From positions 35,533 through 99,532 of the forward strand of contig JAPSGB010000014.1 in assembly GCA_035063585.1 (NCBI GenBank): 64,000 bases of DNA, read 5' to 3'. Within the stretch, counting starts at the first letter, position 1. Every line of letters begins with the position of its first letter. The translations under genes were made by a program, and so were the position numbers. Shown in pieces: positions 28,365-39,600 of this stretch. Under the pieces are notes generated by a model. The model worked only from the letters and a program-made list of their open reading frames with translations. It did no database searches and had not been told where the DNA came from. This DNA comes from Polyangiaceae bacterium. Its GTDB lineage: Bacteria > Myxococcota_A > Polyangia > Polyangiales > Polyangiaceae.

Positions 28365-29294
28365 TCAGCGCGGTGGAGGCCAGGTGACGCCCGGCACCGG
28401 GTTCGCTGGGCGCGCGAGGAGATAGCCTTGCCCGAGGGTTACCCCGCAGTCGCGGAGCGCAGTGAACTCGTCCGCCGTCTCGATCCCCTCCGCGACGACC
28501 CGCGCGCCGAGATCGTCGAACAGATTGACGAGGTGGCGGACCAGAATCTGTTTGCGCGGGAGCTTGTCGATGTCGGTGACGAGCGCGATGTCGAGCTTCA
28601 CGACGCGCGGCTCGAGCTCGAGCACGCGCTTGAGGTTCGAGTGGCCCGCGCCGAGATCGTCGATGACGAGATGTGAGCCCGTGCGCGCGCACACCTCCTT
28701 CAGGACGCTCATGCAGACGTCGAAATACTCGAAGGCGGCCGCCTCGGTGATCTCGAGGTACACCGGCGCTTCATGAAAGCTGATCGGGTCGTCTGGCCTG
28801 ACCAGCCAGCGTGAGGTGAGCTCGTGAGGGTGGAGGTTCACGAACACCGGGATGCTCGGGCACGACTCGAAGGTGACCTCCCGGATCATGCGGCCGAGCC
28901 GCCCCGTCGCCGACTCGCGCACCGCCGCGTCGAAGAGGACGCCGGGGTTCGGGAACTCGGGGGTACGCGGGCGCGCGAGCGCCTCGACCGCGAACGTCTT
29001 GCCGGTCGACATGTCGACGATCGGCTGGAAGGCAACGCCCAGGTCCGTGATGTTGAGGTCGCGCACCGAGCCAATGGGCGGGAGGCTACGGCTCGGCGGC
29101 ACCGAGCGTGAAGGTGCTCGCGGAGGCACGGTTCGCGTTACGGCGCGTGGCATCGCGCTCCGCGATGGAGCTCGCGGCGGCGCGCTCCGCGATGGAGCTC
29201 GCGGCGGCGCGCTATCGCTTCGCGCGGCGGAGCGATCACTCGGCGGCGAGGCTTCGCCCCCGGTGATGGTCCATCTCAAGCGGCGCGTGGTCAC
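28365..29294 (-). CDS. stand-alone EAL c-di-GMP phosphodiesterase
   Basis: FQPIV, EALAR, VNL, LEITE, DDLGAGHS, KLD, AEGIET, QGYL; repetitive N-terminus. Confidence 0.9.
   Translation of the reverse strand: MTTRRLRWTITGGEASPPSDRSAARSDSAPPRAPSRSAPPRAPSRSAMPRAVTRTVPPRAPSRSVPPSRSLPPIGSVRDLNITDLGVAFQPIVDMSTGKTFAVEALARPRTPEFPNPGVLFDAAVRESATGRLGRMIREVTFESCPSIPVFVNLHPHELTSRWLVRPDDPISFHEAPVYLEITEAAAFEYFDVCMSVLKEVCARTGSHLVIDDLGAGHSNLKRVLELEPRVVKLDIALVTDIDKLPRKQILVRHLVNLFDDLGARVVAEGIETADEFTALRDCGVTLGQGYLLARPANPVPGVTWPPPR
29154..29213. repeat. 27-bp tandem duplication in the EAL gene 5' part
   Basis: CGCGCTCCGCGATGGAGCTCGCGGCGG twice, with more diverged copies next to it. Confidence 0.85.
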
Positions 29295-29400
29295 GTCATC
29301 TCCCGATCACAGGTCAGCCACCCTCGAGGATAACACGACTCACTGCCACCCGAGAGCGACGCTTCGGGCGAGGCCCTGACGGCTCGCTTCCCGATGTAGG

Positions 29401-30792
29401 CTAGTTACCGGTCATGTCGGATGGGACGACCCAGCGGTCGAAATCCTCCCCGGACACCAAGCCGAGCGCGGCCGCCGCTTCGCGGAGCGTCAGGCCCTCG
29501 GCGTGCGCCTTCTTCGCGATTTTTGCGGCGGGCTCGTAGCCGATGTGCGGCGCGAGCGCCGTGACCAGCATGAGGGAACGCTCGAGCAGCTCGGCGAGCC
29601 GCGCCGTGTTCGGCTCGAGACCCTCCGCGCAGTGCTCGCGGAAGCTCACGCAGGCGTCGCCGATGAGGCGCGTGCTCATGAGGAACGCCTGGGCGATGAC
29701 TGGCTTCTGGACGTTCAGCTCGAAGTTGCCTGAAGCACCCCCGAGGGTGATGGCGGTGTCGTTGGCGATGACCTGCGTGCACGCCATCACCATCGCCTCG
29801 CCCTGGGTCGGGTTCACCTTGCCGGGCATGATTGAGCTCCCGGGCTCATTCTCGGGGATGGTGAGCTCACCGATGGCGCAACGCGGCCCGGAGGCGAGCC
29901 AGCGGACGTCGTTGGCGATCTTGGTGAGCGCGACCGCGAGCGTCTTCATTGCGCCGCTCGCGAACACGAGCGCGTCGTGGGCCGCGAGCGCCTCGAACTT
30001 GTTCGGCGCGCTCGTCATGGGCTCGCCCGTGAGCTTGGCGAGCTCGGCCGCGACGCGGAGCGCGAAGCCGGGCGGCGTGTTCAGGCCGGTGCCCACCGCG
30101 GTGCCGCCGAGCGCGAGCTCCGCGAGGTGGGGGACCGCGCTCTCCAGGTGGCGGACGCCGTGGTCGAGCTGAGCCACCCAGCCGCCGATTTCCTGGCCCA
30201 GCGTGAGCGGGGTCGCGTCCATCAGGTGGGTGCGGCCAATCTTCACGATGTCCATGGTGGCGGCGGACTTCTTGGCCAGCGTGTCGCGGAGGGCTTGGAC
30301 CGCCGGCAGCACTCGCCTTCGCACCGCGCGGGTGGCGGCAAGCGCCATCGCCGAGGGGAAGACATCGTTCGAGGACTGACTGCGGTTGACGTGATCGTTC
30401 GGGTGCACGAGACGCGTCTCGCCGCGCCCGCCGCCGAGCAGCTCGCTCGCGCGGTTCGCGAGCACCTCGTTCATGTTCATGTTGGTCTGCGTGCCGCTGC
30501 CGGTCTGCCAGATGACGAGTGGGAACTCGCCCGCGTGCCGGCCCTCGACGACCTCGGCGGCCGCGCGGGCGATGGCGTCGCCGAGCCTCGCGTCGAGGAC
30601 CCCGAGCTCGACGTTGACGCGGGCGGCAGCGAGCTTGATCTCGGCCAGCGCGACGATGAGCTCCGGGGGCATGCGCTCGCCAGAGATCTTGAAATGTTCG
30701 AGACTTCGCTGGGTTTGAGCGCCCCACAGGCGGTCCGCCGGGACCTCGATGGGGCCGAAAGTGTCATGTTCGATGCGGGTCGTGGCGGTCAT
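29401..30792 (-). CDS. fumC: class II fumarate hydratase
   Basis: [50 protein letters not shown]. Confidence 0.97.
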   Translation of the reverse strand: MTATTRIEHDTFGPIEVPADRLWGAQTQRSLEHFKISGERMPPELIVALAEIKLAAARVNVELGVLDARLGDAIARAAAEVVEGRHAGEFPLVIWQTGSGTQTNMNMNEVLANRASELLGGGRGETRLVHPNDHVNRSQSSNDVFPSAMALAATRAVRRRVLPAVQALRDTLAKKSAATMDIVKIGRTHLMDATPLTLGQEIGGWVAQLDHGVRHLESAVPHLAELALGGTAVGTGLNTPPGFALRVAAELAKLTGEPMTSAPNKFEALAAHDALVFASGAMKTLAVALTKIANDVRWLASGPRCAIGELTIPENEPGSSIMPGKVNPTQGEAMVMACTQVIANDTAITLGGASGNFELNVQKPVIAQAFLMSTRLIGDACVSFREHCAEGLEPNTARLAELLERSLMLVTALAPHIGYEPAAKIAKKAHAEGLTLREAAAALGLVSGEDFDRWVVPSDMTGN

Positions 30793-30889
30793 GGTCCCCC
30801 TCCTGCACACTCCGGCGCGCCGGATCAAGAACCTCGACGTTTTCCCGGAGGATTTGACCGAATCGCGAGGCCTGGCTACGACTTCGGGC

Positions 30890-33508
30890 ATGCCCGGGGT
30901 TTCGCGTGTGCTGCGGGCGCTGGTCGCCACCACTGCGCTCTGCTCGGGCGCGGCGACCGCGCAGGCCGCCCCCGCGGGGTCGGCGGCGCCGCCGGCGGCG
31001 CGGGCACCGAGCGCGCACGGCTCGAGCGCACCCAAGCCAGCCCCCGGTAAGGCCAAGCCGAAGCCCGCGACGGCCCCGGCCAAGCCGAAGCCCGCGGCGG
31101 CCCCCGCCAAGCCGAAGCCCGCGGCGGCCCCGGCCAAGCCGAAGCCCGCGGCGGACCCTGCCAAGCCGAAGCCCGCAGCGGGCCCCGCCAAGCCGAAGCC
31201 CGGCCCGACGCGGGCCCCACCGAAGTCCGACTCAGCGAAAGATGAGCCGAAGCCGCGCGCCGAGAGCTCGAAGCCCGCCGCCGAGAAGCCGCGGACGCCG
31301 GAGCGCGACCCCGCGCCGGCGAGCCCCGACGCCGGCCGCGCCGCACCGGCACCCTCGACCGCCCCGAGCGCTGCGGCGCCAACGGAGTCGACCGGGCCGA
31401 GCGCGCCTCCGCCGGTCGGTCCCGGGGCGGGCGCGGGCCAGCGTAGCCTTCCCGCCGAGCCAGCGAAGCCCGAGGCGGCGAAGCCCGAAGCAGCGAAGCC
31501 CGAGCCAGCGAAGCCCGAGCCAGCGAAGGCGACGCAACCGCTCGCGAGCGCGCGCGACCGCAAGCCGCATCAGAAGGGGCCAGCGCCGCGTCGCCCGAGC
31601 CCGACCTTGCCGCCGGGCGTCGAGCCGCCGAAGCCGAACCAGGCGGCGCGCGAGCAGATCGCGGGCGCGAAGCTTGGCGAGGGCGCGGTCGATCCGGAGC
31701 TTCGCGCGCTCGACGACGCGGAGCGCGCGCTCTTCCCGAAGCCGCTCGATGGCGCGAGCGCCGGCTGGTCGTGGGATCTGCCGGGACCCGTCGAACACGG
31801 TGGGGCCGAGGTCGTCGCCTCCGGCTTACCGCCCGGCGCGGTCGCGCGCGCACCCGCTGACGACGACACGGCGGCGACCACCGCCGAGTGGCTGCGTAGC
31901 CTCACCATGCCGAACCTGCCGGTTCGCCTCGATCCGCGCGTGGTCACCTATCTCGAGTTCTATCGCGACGATCCACGTGGAAAATCGATCGCGCACGTGT
32001 GGGCGAAGAAGAGCGGGCGCTACGCGCCAGCGCTCAAGGCGGCGCTCGCGAAGGCCGGGCTCCCGACCGATCTCGTGTGGCTCTCGCTCATCGAGAGCGG
32101 ACACAACCCGACCATCGTGTCGCCGGCCGGTGCTGCCGGGCTCTGGCAGTTCATGCCGGATGCTGGACGGCTCTACGGCCTCACCGTGGATCGTTGGGTC
32201 GACGAGCGCCTCGACCCTGAGCGCGCGACCGCGGCCGCCGTCCGTTACCTCTCCGATCTGCATCGCCGCTTCGGCAACTGGGACCTGGCGATGGCGGCGT
32301 ACAATATGGGCTTCGGAGGGCTGTCCCGCGCGATCCGGAAGTACAACAGCAACGATTTCTGGGAGCTCGCGCGCTACGAGGCGGGGATCCCCTGGGAGAC
32401 CACGCTCTATGTGCCGAAGATCCTCGCGATCGCCATCGTGATGAACAACAAGAAGGCGTTCGGCATCGACGACGTGACGCCTGCGCCGGCGGTCGAGTTC
32501 GACACGGTGCTGGTCGCGCCGGGTGTCCCCATGGGGGAGGTGGCTCGCGCGGCGTCGACCACCGCCGCCGCGCTCGGCGAGCTGAACCCCGCGTACCTGG
32601 TTGGACGCACGCCGCCGACTGCGCCCGGCGCGGGCCAGCGCGCGTGGCAGGTGCACGTGCCGCGCGGCTCGGCCGCGTCGGCCACCACCCAGCTCGCGCG
32701 CGGTGACGGCGTGGATCGGAGCCTCGTGACCTACGTGGTCCGGTTTGGAGACACGGTCCGCACCATCGCGAGCGCGGCCGGCACCAGCGAGTCGCGCGTT
32801 CGCACGCTCAACGAGCTCGGCCGCGACGAGGTGCTCGCACCGGGGACGGCGCTGCTCGTCCCGCGCGCCGCTCCGGACGCGGCGGTCGGTCGAGGAGAGC
32901 CGCTCGAGGTGGTCGTGGTCCCCCCGCGCCAGTTCACCTACGCCGATCGAGAGCGCGTCTTTTATCGAGTGCTCGCAGGCGATACGCTCGGGAAGATCGC
33001 GGCGGCGTTCGGGGTGACCCGCGAGGATCTCACCATATGGAATTCGCTGGATCGCTCGGCGCGGCTCGAGTCGGGCATGGTGCTCGGCGTGTTCGTGAAG
33101 CGGGGGGCGGAGCTCTCACGGCTCCGCTTCACGCGCGAGGCCGACACGCGCGTCCTGGTCGCTGGCACCCACGAATTCTTCGACTACTTCGAGGGGCAGA
33201 ACGGCAAGCGACGCCTCCTGGTGAAGGCGCAGCCCGGCGACACGCTCGCGGGGATCGGTAAACGGTACGGCATGAGCGTCGGGTGGATGGAGCGGGTGAA
33301 CCGATGCTCGCGCAAGAAGCAGCTCGAGCCGGGCGAGGCGGTCGTCGTCTACGCGAAGGTCGGCACCGATGGCGTCCCGGCGGCCCTCGACGCGGCCCCG
33401 GCCCCGCTCGAGCCGGTCGCGGCTCCGCGACCCGAGGCGCTCCCGCCGGTCGACACCCCCGCGGCCGCGAGCGCGCCCGCGGGCGGCGCCGGGTCGCCGC
33501 AGGGCTGA
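30890..33508 (+). CDS. MltD-like lytic transglycosylase with LysM domains
   Basis: [27 protein letters not shown]; three LysM-like GDT segments; long Pro/Ala/Lys N-terminus. Confidence 0.9.
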   Translation: MPGVSRVLRALVATTALCSGAATAQAAPAGSAAPPAARAPSAHGSSAPKPAPGKAKPKPATAPAKPKPAAAPAKPKPAAAPAKPKPAADPAKPKPAAGPAKPKPGPTRAPPKSDSAKDEPKPRAESSKPAAEKPRTPERDPAPASPDAGRAAPAPSTAPSAAAPTESTGPSAPPPVGPGAGAGQRSLPAEPAKPEAAKPEAAKPEPAKPEPAKATQPLASARDRKPHQKGPAPRRPSPTLPPGVEPPKPNQAAREQIAGAKLGEGAVDPELRALDDAERALFPKPLDGASAGWSWDLPGPVEHGGAEVVASGLPPGAVARAPADDDTAATTAEWLRSLTMPNLPVRLDPRVVTYLEFYRDDPRGKSIAHVWAKKSGRYAPALKAALAKAGLPTDLVWLSLIESGHNPTIVSPAGAAGLWQFMPDAGRLYGLTVDRWVDERLDPERATAAAVRYLSDLHRRFGNWDLAMAAYNMGFGGLSRAIRKYNSNDFWELARYEAGIPWETTLYVPKILAIAIVMNNKKAFGIDDVTPAPAVEFDTVLVAPGVPMGEVARAASTTAAALGELNPAYLVGRTPPTAPGAGQRAWQVHVPRGSAASATTQLARGDGVDRSLVTYVVRFGDTVRTIASAAGTSESRVRTLNELGRDEVLAPGTALLVPRAAPDAAVGRGEPLEVVVVPPRQFTYADRERVFYRVLAGDTLGKIAAAFGVTREDLTIWNSLDRSARLESGMVLGVFVKRGAELSRLRFTREADTRVLVAGTHEFFDYFEGQNGKRRLLVKAQPGDTLAGIGKRYGMSVGWMERVNRCSRKKQLEPGEAVVVYAKVGTDGVPAALDAAPAPLEPVAAPRPEALPPVDTPAAASAPAGGAGSPQG
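31052..31201 (+). repeat. 27-bp imperfect tandem repeat, about 5.5 copies (AKPKPAAAP)
   Basis: GCCAAGCCGAAGCCC recurs at 31052, 31079, 31106, 31133, 31160, 31187; a 15-bp AKPEx repeat follows near 31463-31528. Confidence 0.9.
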
Positions 33509-33534
33509 GTCACCGTCGGTCGCGTCGCGTCCGA

Positions 33535-34929
33535 CTACCGGCGACGCCGCCGGCGCGCCGTGAGGCCGAGGAGCGCGAGCAAGGACGCCGCCGCGCTGGT
33601 CCCGTAGAGCGAACGTGGCGCGCCCAGTTGGCACGTAAGTCCGGCGTCCCCGCTCTCCGAGGTGGCCGATGGCTGCGCGGCGCCGTCCCCCGAGCCGCTG
33701 CGGCCTGAAGCGCCGCCGGCTCCGCCTGCGCGCGCGCCCGCTGCGCCCGCCGCGCCGGCGTCGCCGTTCGCTTGCCAACCGCCGGTCGCCCCGGCGGCAC
33801 CCGCCGAGCCCTCCGCGCCGCTGCTTCCCGCTGCGCCGCCGCTCGCGCTCGGAGCTCCGCCCGTGCCCGCCGCGCCGCCGGTGCCCGCCGTCGGGCAGGA
33901 GCCGCCCGCCACCACGTGGATTTTCGCCTGGAGCTGGTTGTCCGGCGGCCCGCCCTGCCCGGGATCGCTGAACCAGGCGACCCCCTCCTCGAGCAGGGTG
34001 AAGTACTCGTCATATGTGCCGGGGGTAGCCGGCGCGCGGAAGTTGAACTTGAACGTGAAGTTCGCCCCGGGCTTCACCGTCCCGGTGACGCCGGCCGCGC
34101 GGTTCGGCGAGAGCCACGACGAGTCCGCGAACGCGCTCGAGCGATCACGCGGCTGGGTCGTGCCGAGCCGCGTCTTCGAGTCCCAGGTCGTGGTGCCGTC
34201 GTTGCGGAGGGTGATGCTCGCCGCGAGCGTCTCGCACGTCTTCAACTCGATCGCGGTGGTCGCGAGCGGGAAGGACTGGCTCACGTAGCTCGCCTTCCAG
34301 AAGGGCGCGCTCGGGCCGGTGACCACGCCGTTGCGACGGATCGCGTGATAGACGCGGTTGTCGTAGTCGAATCGCAGGGTCTGCCCGCTACGCGTGAAAT
34401 GCTGCGTGGCTTTGCGCGCCACGTGTCCGCAGTTGTACTCCTCGTAGATCTCGGCGTGGCTCGCGTCCACGAGCCGCCCGAAGATCTTGATGTGGCCATC
34501 GCATACGAAGGCGTCTCCGGGCCTGAGCGCGTCGAGCGACACGGTCGTCCACCCGTCGCTCCCTGCCTTGTCCTTCATGTACGCGTAGGTGGTCGGATCG
34601 CTCGGGATCTGCCAGCACCAGGAGGTGAAGCCGGAGCAGTCCGAGCGGTAGTTGTCCCACGGCGCGTGCGGGCGGTTGCAGATCCCGCCGCAGATGTAGT
34701 CCGTCCCGCCGTTCACCCCGCCGCAATAGGGGACGTTGGCCGCGACGTAGTTCTCCGCGCACGCGATGATGTCGCTCGTCGTGAGTGGCTGCGCGCTCTC
34801 GCGCACGGCGTCGGGATCGCCCGGCAGCGCTCCGTGGTCGGAGCCCACCTCGCTCGCGGAGCACCCCGAGCCGAGCGCGAAGAGCGAGGTGAGCAGTGTC
34901 GGACCCAGTGCGCGTCTCAGTGCTCTCAT
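33535..34929 (-). CDS. exported NlpC/P60-like cysteine hydrolase with Ig-like domain and MYXO-CTERM tail
   Basis: Signal ending GSGC; YRSDCSGF, PGD...GH; ITLRN.G...W / V.PG / PGTY.E.F Ig-like domain; C..G..hydrophobic-R6 tail. Confidence 0.72.
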   Translation of the reverse strand: MRALRRALGPTLLTSLFALGSGCSASEVGSDHGALPGDPDAVRESAQPLTTSDIIACAENYVAANVPYCGGVNGGTDYICGGICNRPHAPWDNYRSDCSGFTSWCWQIPSDPTTYAYMKDKAGSDGWTTVSLDALRPGDAFVCDGHIKIFGRLVDASHAEIYEEYNCGHVARKATQHFTRSGQTLRFDYDNRVYHAIRRNGVVTGPSAPFWKASYVSQSFPLATTAIELKTCETLAASITLRNDGTTTWDSKTRLGTTQPRDRSSAFADSSWLSPNRAAGVTGTVKPGANFTFKFNFRAPATPGTYDEYFTLLEEGVAWFSDPGQGGPPDNQLQAKIHVVAGGSCPTAGTGGAAGTGGAPSASGGAAGSSGAEGSAGAAGATGGWQANGDAGAAGAAGARAGGAGGASGRSGSGDGAAQPSATSESGDAGLTCQLGAPRSLYGTSAAASLLALLGLTARRRRRR

Positions 34930-35116
34930 GATCGCCGTTCTCCCGCGCGGCGAAGCCGAGCGCGGCTCCGCGCGTCCACCGCAAGCCTCGAGCGTACCAC
35001 GCACCCGCGCGAGGTACTATCCCCGCGCTCGACGGGGCGAGCCCTTGGCTCGCGCCTTCGCGAGCCCGTGAGAGAGGGAGCTGCCGGCTCGGCGCGATGG
35101 CCGCCCGAGCCGACCG

Positions 35117-36610
35117 TCAGTCGCCGGAGCTCGGTTCGGGCGGCTCGGGGCTTCCGGGCTTGGTCGGTGGTTCGTCGGGCGCATCGAACTGGTAGGCGAG
35201 CCCCACGCCGTACACGTTCGCGTTCGCCCCGTAATGACCGGCGTTGATATAGGTCGGGCTCGCCGGCGGGTTCGCGCGCACCGGGTTCACGGGCGGGATG
35301 CGCGCCTCGCCGGTGCTGACGTCGACCGGCATTCCGATGACGCGCGCGTAGACCCCGTCGAAGCGCCATTTCCCGACGTGCAGGCTGCCACCGAAGCTGA
35401 GCGTGACCTTGTCGAGATCGATGGTGGTGGCGCTGAGATACGGCGCCGGAATGGCGCTCTTCTCGTAAGCCGCGCCGGCCCGCAGGCCGAGCCCATAGCC
35501 GGACAGGTCGAAGGTGTGCTCGCCGCCGGCGTGGAGCGACCAGTTGTTCTGAAAGCCCCGCTCGAGGGAGATCTCGTTGACGCGATAGTGGTCGGGGAAG
35601 CCCTGCACGCCGCTCAACGCGATGTCGTGCGGCGAGACGGTGATCCGATCATGGGTGTTCCAACCCTCCACCGCGACCGAACCCTCTATCCGCGTGCTGT
35701 CGCCGATGCGTCCCTCCACGCCGGCGCGCAGCGTCCACGGGAGGTTGAAGCTCACGTCCGCCTGGTTGCCGTCCTGATGCGCGGTCGCGAAGAGCGGGTT
35801 CTGCGGCAAGCGAACGTCGATGTCCGCGCTCGAGCGGATCCAGAACGGCAAGTGGAACGACGCGCCGAGGCGAATCGACCGGGTCGGTGCGTAGATGGCC
35901 CCGATGATGCCGCTCGGCGCTATGATCGGGCCGACCTTGAGCCGTGAGAGGGCGTCGAAGTCGGGGTCTTCGGGAGCGCAGACGAAGCGATCCGGCGGGC
36001 AGGTGCTCATCACCACCGAGGTCGTAAAATATCCGCTCAGCACCTCGACCCCCGCGCCCAGGGCGAACTTCGGACTCGCTCGATACGAGGCATAGACGCC
36101 GCCGATCGCGAGCGCGGAGCCGTTCAGGGAGATGAGTGAGTAGCGCTGCGGCGCGGGTGTGCTCCCGAGCCGTTCCGGATAGCTGGTAATGGCGGCGTAG
36201 GGCGCCCAGAGCGCGGCAGCGAAGTTGAACTTCTCGAGCCCGAAGTCGTTCGCGTACGCGAGCGTCGGGATCGGTAGGACCGGAGTGGTCCCCTCGACCA
36301 TCGGGTAGGTCTGCTCGGAGTCGTAAGTCTGCCCGGTGTTCGGATCCGTCAGCGTGATGCGCTGCTTCCGCTGGACGGTGCTCGAATACTGGAGCCAGGA
36401 TGCGTCGAGGAGGAACTGCCGCCCGGTGAACGCGAGCCCGGCGGGGTTATACGCGATCGAGCCCGCGTCGTCCGCGCCGGCCACGAAGGCGCCGCCGCGC
36501 CCGAGCGGCCGGACGCCGCGATCGGAGAAGTAGAGCCCGCCCGCGCTGGCGGGCGTGGTGATGCCGCTGGTCGTCGCCAAGACGACGGCGAGGAGAGCCG
36601 TTTTCTTCAT
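35117..36610 (-). CDS. FadL/OmpP1/TodX-family outer-membrane transporter
   Basis: Signal peptide; GG......G...LGRGGAFVAGADD......NPAGL hatch motif; LRAG..YE.S; terminal beta strand GLAYQF. Confidence 0.85.
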   Translation of the reverse strand: MKKTALLAVVLATTSGITTPASAGGLYFSDRGVRPLGRGGAFVAGADDAGSIAYNPAGLAFTGRQFLLDASWLQYSSTVQRKQRITLTDPNTGQTYDSEQTYPMVEGTTPVLPIPTLAYANDFGLEKFNFAAALWAPYAAITSYPERLGSTPAPQRYSLISLNGSALAIGGVYASYRASPKFALGAGVEVLSGYFTTSVVMSTCPPDRFVCAPEDPDFDALSRLKVGPIIAPSGIIGAIYAPTRSIRLGASFHLPFWIRSSADIDVRLPQNPLFATAHQDGNQADVSFNLPWTLRAGVEGRIGDSTRIEGSVAVEGWNTHDRITVSPHDIALSGVQGFPDHYRVNEISLERGFQNNWSLHAGGEHTFDLSGYGLGLRAGAAYEKSAIPAPYLSATTIDLDKVTLSFGGSLHVGKWRFDGVYARVIGMPVDVSTGEARIPPVNPVRANPPASPTYINAGHYGANANVYGVGLAYQFDAPDEPPTKPGSPEPPEPSSGD

Positions 36611-36627
36611 GTCGGGCTCGGCCTCCC

Positions 36628-39600
36628 TCAGTCGCCGTTTCGATGGCGTACGATCTCGTAGAGTTGTTCCATGCCGCGGGTTCGGCTGGTCATGAAATCG
36701 CGGACCACGCGGAACACCATCTCATAGTCGCCTGCGTCGAGCGGAGCGCTCGCGGTGAGGTCGGCATTCAGGCGATTTACCTCGGAGACGACGTCGAGGA
36801 TCACCTCGATGGGCGTCTGACTGAGCGGGTCCTTCGGGTCCATCGGCGTCACTAGATTCTTCAGGATCCGATCGACGATGTGATAGCGATCATAGGGGTT
36901 CGGCTGTGGGGTGCCATCGGCTGCGCGCTCGCTGGTGAGCGCGCGCACGAGCGCGAGCGCCCGATCCACCGCGCCCGGCGCGGGCTGCCCATCCGCCTCC
37001 GTCTCGGTCGGCGCGGCTGCCATGGCGATGGCGTTATAGATGGGCGGCATGTTTTCCTCGTCGCCGAGGAGCTGCATCATGTCAGAGAGGGAGGTGAGCG
37101 TGGACGTCTGCGCGTTGTTGCTGCTCGAGGGAACGATGAGATAGCGGAGGAGCTTCATCACCTCCCGGCGCGCGTCGTCGTTGGGATCGACCTCGTGCAA
37201 GAGGCTCATGGTCGTCGAGAACATCGGCTCCTCGAACGTCTGTTGAGCACGCTTCCACATGGTCTTCGATGGGTCGGCGTCGTTTGCCCAAGGGCACGCG
37301 CCGGTCACCTCGCGCTCGGGGCAGTTCGCGTTCAGCTGCTCGCGGAGCACGCCGAGCAAGATGGGCAGCGCCTTCGGGATGGCGCGATCGCGGAACTTGG
37401 CGCTGGCCCCGGTGCCGTCGATGCCGAGAAACTGGTCGACCAGCTGTGAGCGCGCGCGGCGCCAGCGCGCGTGGACCGGCTTACCCTCGAGGCGCAGGTC
37501 GATCCCGCGCATGGCCTGCGCGAAGAGGTCGAAGAGCGCCACCTGCGGCTTCGGGGTCTTGCCGTCCGCCCAGGTCGTGGCCGTCTTGCCGTCGCGTGAG
37601 ACGAGGCCGACGCTCGCGGCGTGCTTCGGGTCGAAGAGGAGTACCGCCGCGTCGTGCAGTAGATCGAGTCCGCTGCGGGAAGCGTTCCCGCCCCGCGCGT
37701 CGACCACCGTCATGCCGTCTACCACCTTCACGAGCTCACCAATGGCCGGCAAGAGGTCGCTCTCGAAGGCCTTGATGAGGATGGGCTCGTAGCGTGAGAG
37801 CCCGCTCTCCGCGCAGTATTTCGGATTATATCCGGGCTCGCCCCGCTTCCAGGTGCCGGTCTTGGTGCACTCCGGGCCGTGCGCGGCGGTCGACCAGTGG
37901 CGGTAGAGGACGTCCATCATCTCGAGCAGGAGCTTGTCCGCGTCGTGATCGTTGAAGGCCTTGATGAGCGGGGCCAGCGACCCGTAGAAATCGAACTTGA
38001 AGTTCGCGTGGTCGCGCGTCTCCCAGGAGAAGATGCTGCCCTGGTCGCGGATCCGCAGGAGGTCGTTGCTCGAGCTCAGCGCGCAGTCCGGGATGCGTAT
38101 GGCCCCGAGCTTGCCGAGCGGATCTTGCACGTCTCGAAGCGGGCAGAGCACGGTCGAGACCGGATCGATGAGGCTCGAGATGAAGTTCTGCGGGTCCTTG
38201 TTGGTGCTCCCGGCGAGCGGGTCGTCGTCCTTGAGCGGCCCGTACTTGCTGCCGGTGGCACCGAAGAAGACCAGCCGGTTCATGGCCGGTGGATTCGGGG
38301 TCTGGGTGAGGCCGCGGACCCCGCTGGTCTGCTCGAGGAGCTCGTCTGCGTTGATGCCGAGCGTCTTGGCGATCCCGAGGAGCGTGTTGAGCCCATCGTC
38401 TCGGATCGGCAGCTTGGCGTCCTTGCAAGCGGCCGGGTCCTTGGTGGCGGCGCAGAGGACCGACTTCAGGTAGAGCACCCCGATGTCGTCGAACACGAGG
38501 AGCTCGCACTCCTTGTAACTGCCGAAGAGCGGCCAGGAGAGGTTCATGCCGAGGAGCTTCATCTGCACCTTGGCGCCCGCCTTGTTGCACGCGCTGGCAC
38601 CGCTCACGTCGTGGATCGCCTGGAGCGCGACGTGGAGCGCGCTCATGTTGTCGCCTACGTCGGGCTTGGTGCGATCGACGAGGAATGACGGATCGGCGGT
38701 CGAACCGCCGCCGGCAGTGAGATTCAACGTCGGGCCGTTGAGGTCGGCGGGGTCATAGGTGTAGCGGTCGCGATACTTGGCGAGGGTGGCCATCGCGTGC
38801 CCGAAGTCGGCTTGGAGCGCCGGCGCGGAGAAGGCGCGGAGCACGTCCTTGAAGAGCGCCGGGTCGTCGGTGAGCTTCACGACGATCTCTGCGAACTCGT
38901 CCCAGAAGGTATCCGAGGGGTCGAGCGATGCCTCCGGGTGCTGGTTCGAGAACTCTCGGATTTCGAGCGCTACGCCGAGCAGGCGCGCCACCAGATCCTC
39001 GTGCTCGACCACGAGCTTCTGGAGGAGCGCCAGGACCGCGTCGCTGTTCTCGTCGGCGAGGAGCTGCGAGACGCCATAGAGCAGATCGACGATCGGCGAG
39101 CGGGAGGCGTCGAAGCGGAGGTACTGGCCTCCCGGCGCCCACGCAGCGTTCTCCGAGATCTGGTCGCCATAGAGCTCGAAGGCGCCGGCGAGGAGGTCGG
39201 ACACCGTCTCGTGCTGGGTGCTAGGGTCGGTCTCGAGGAGCGGATCGAGATCGCGGAAGAGCGCCGAGATGAGCGCCTGGTTCGCGTCGTGATACTGAAA
39301 GACCGGCTGCCCGGAGCCGTCGAGCGCGCGGCCGTAGGGATCCGGGCTCGTGATGCGGGCCAGGCCCGGAATTACGAACGGGGGATCGAGCTGCGCGAGG
39401 CCGCCGCTCGCGCCGAGGAATCGACCGAAGCCGTCGACGTCCGCGTATCCGTCGCCGTCCGAGTCCGCGAACGGCGCGGACACACTCCCCGGTATCCCGG
39501 GAGTGTTCCCGGCGGGGACGGCGACACCGCGCACGTCGCGCTCGACCAGGTACCTCGGCTCGCTGCCGACCGCGAGGAACGCCGGATCTTCCGCGAGCAT

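Noticed and set aside
29401..31563. fumC with a 256-aa N-terminal extension
   Set aside because: The extension is the antisense of the repeat-rich 5' part of the MltD-like gene; FumC similarity starts at 30792 with its own RBS.
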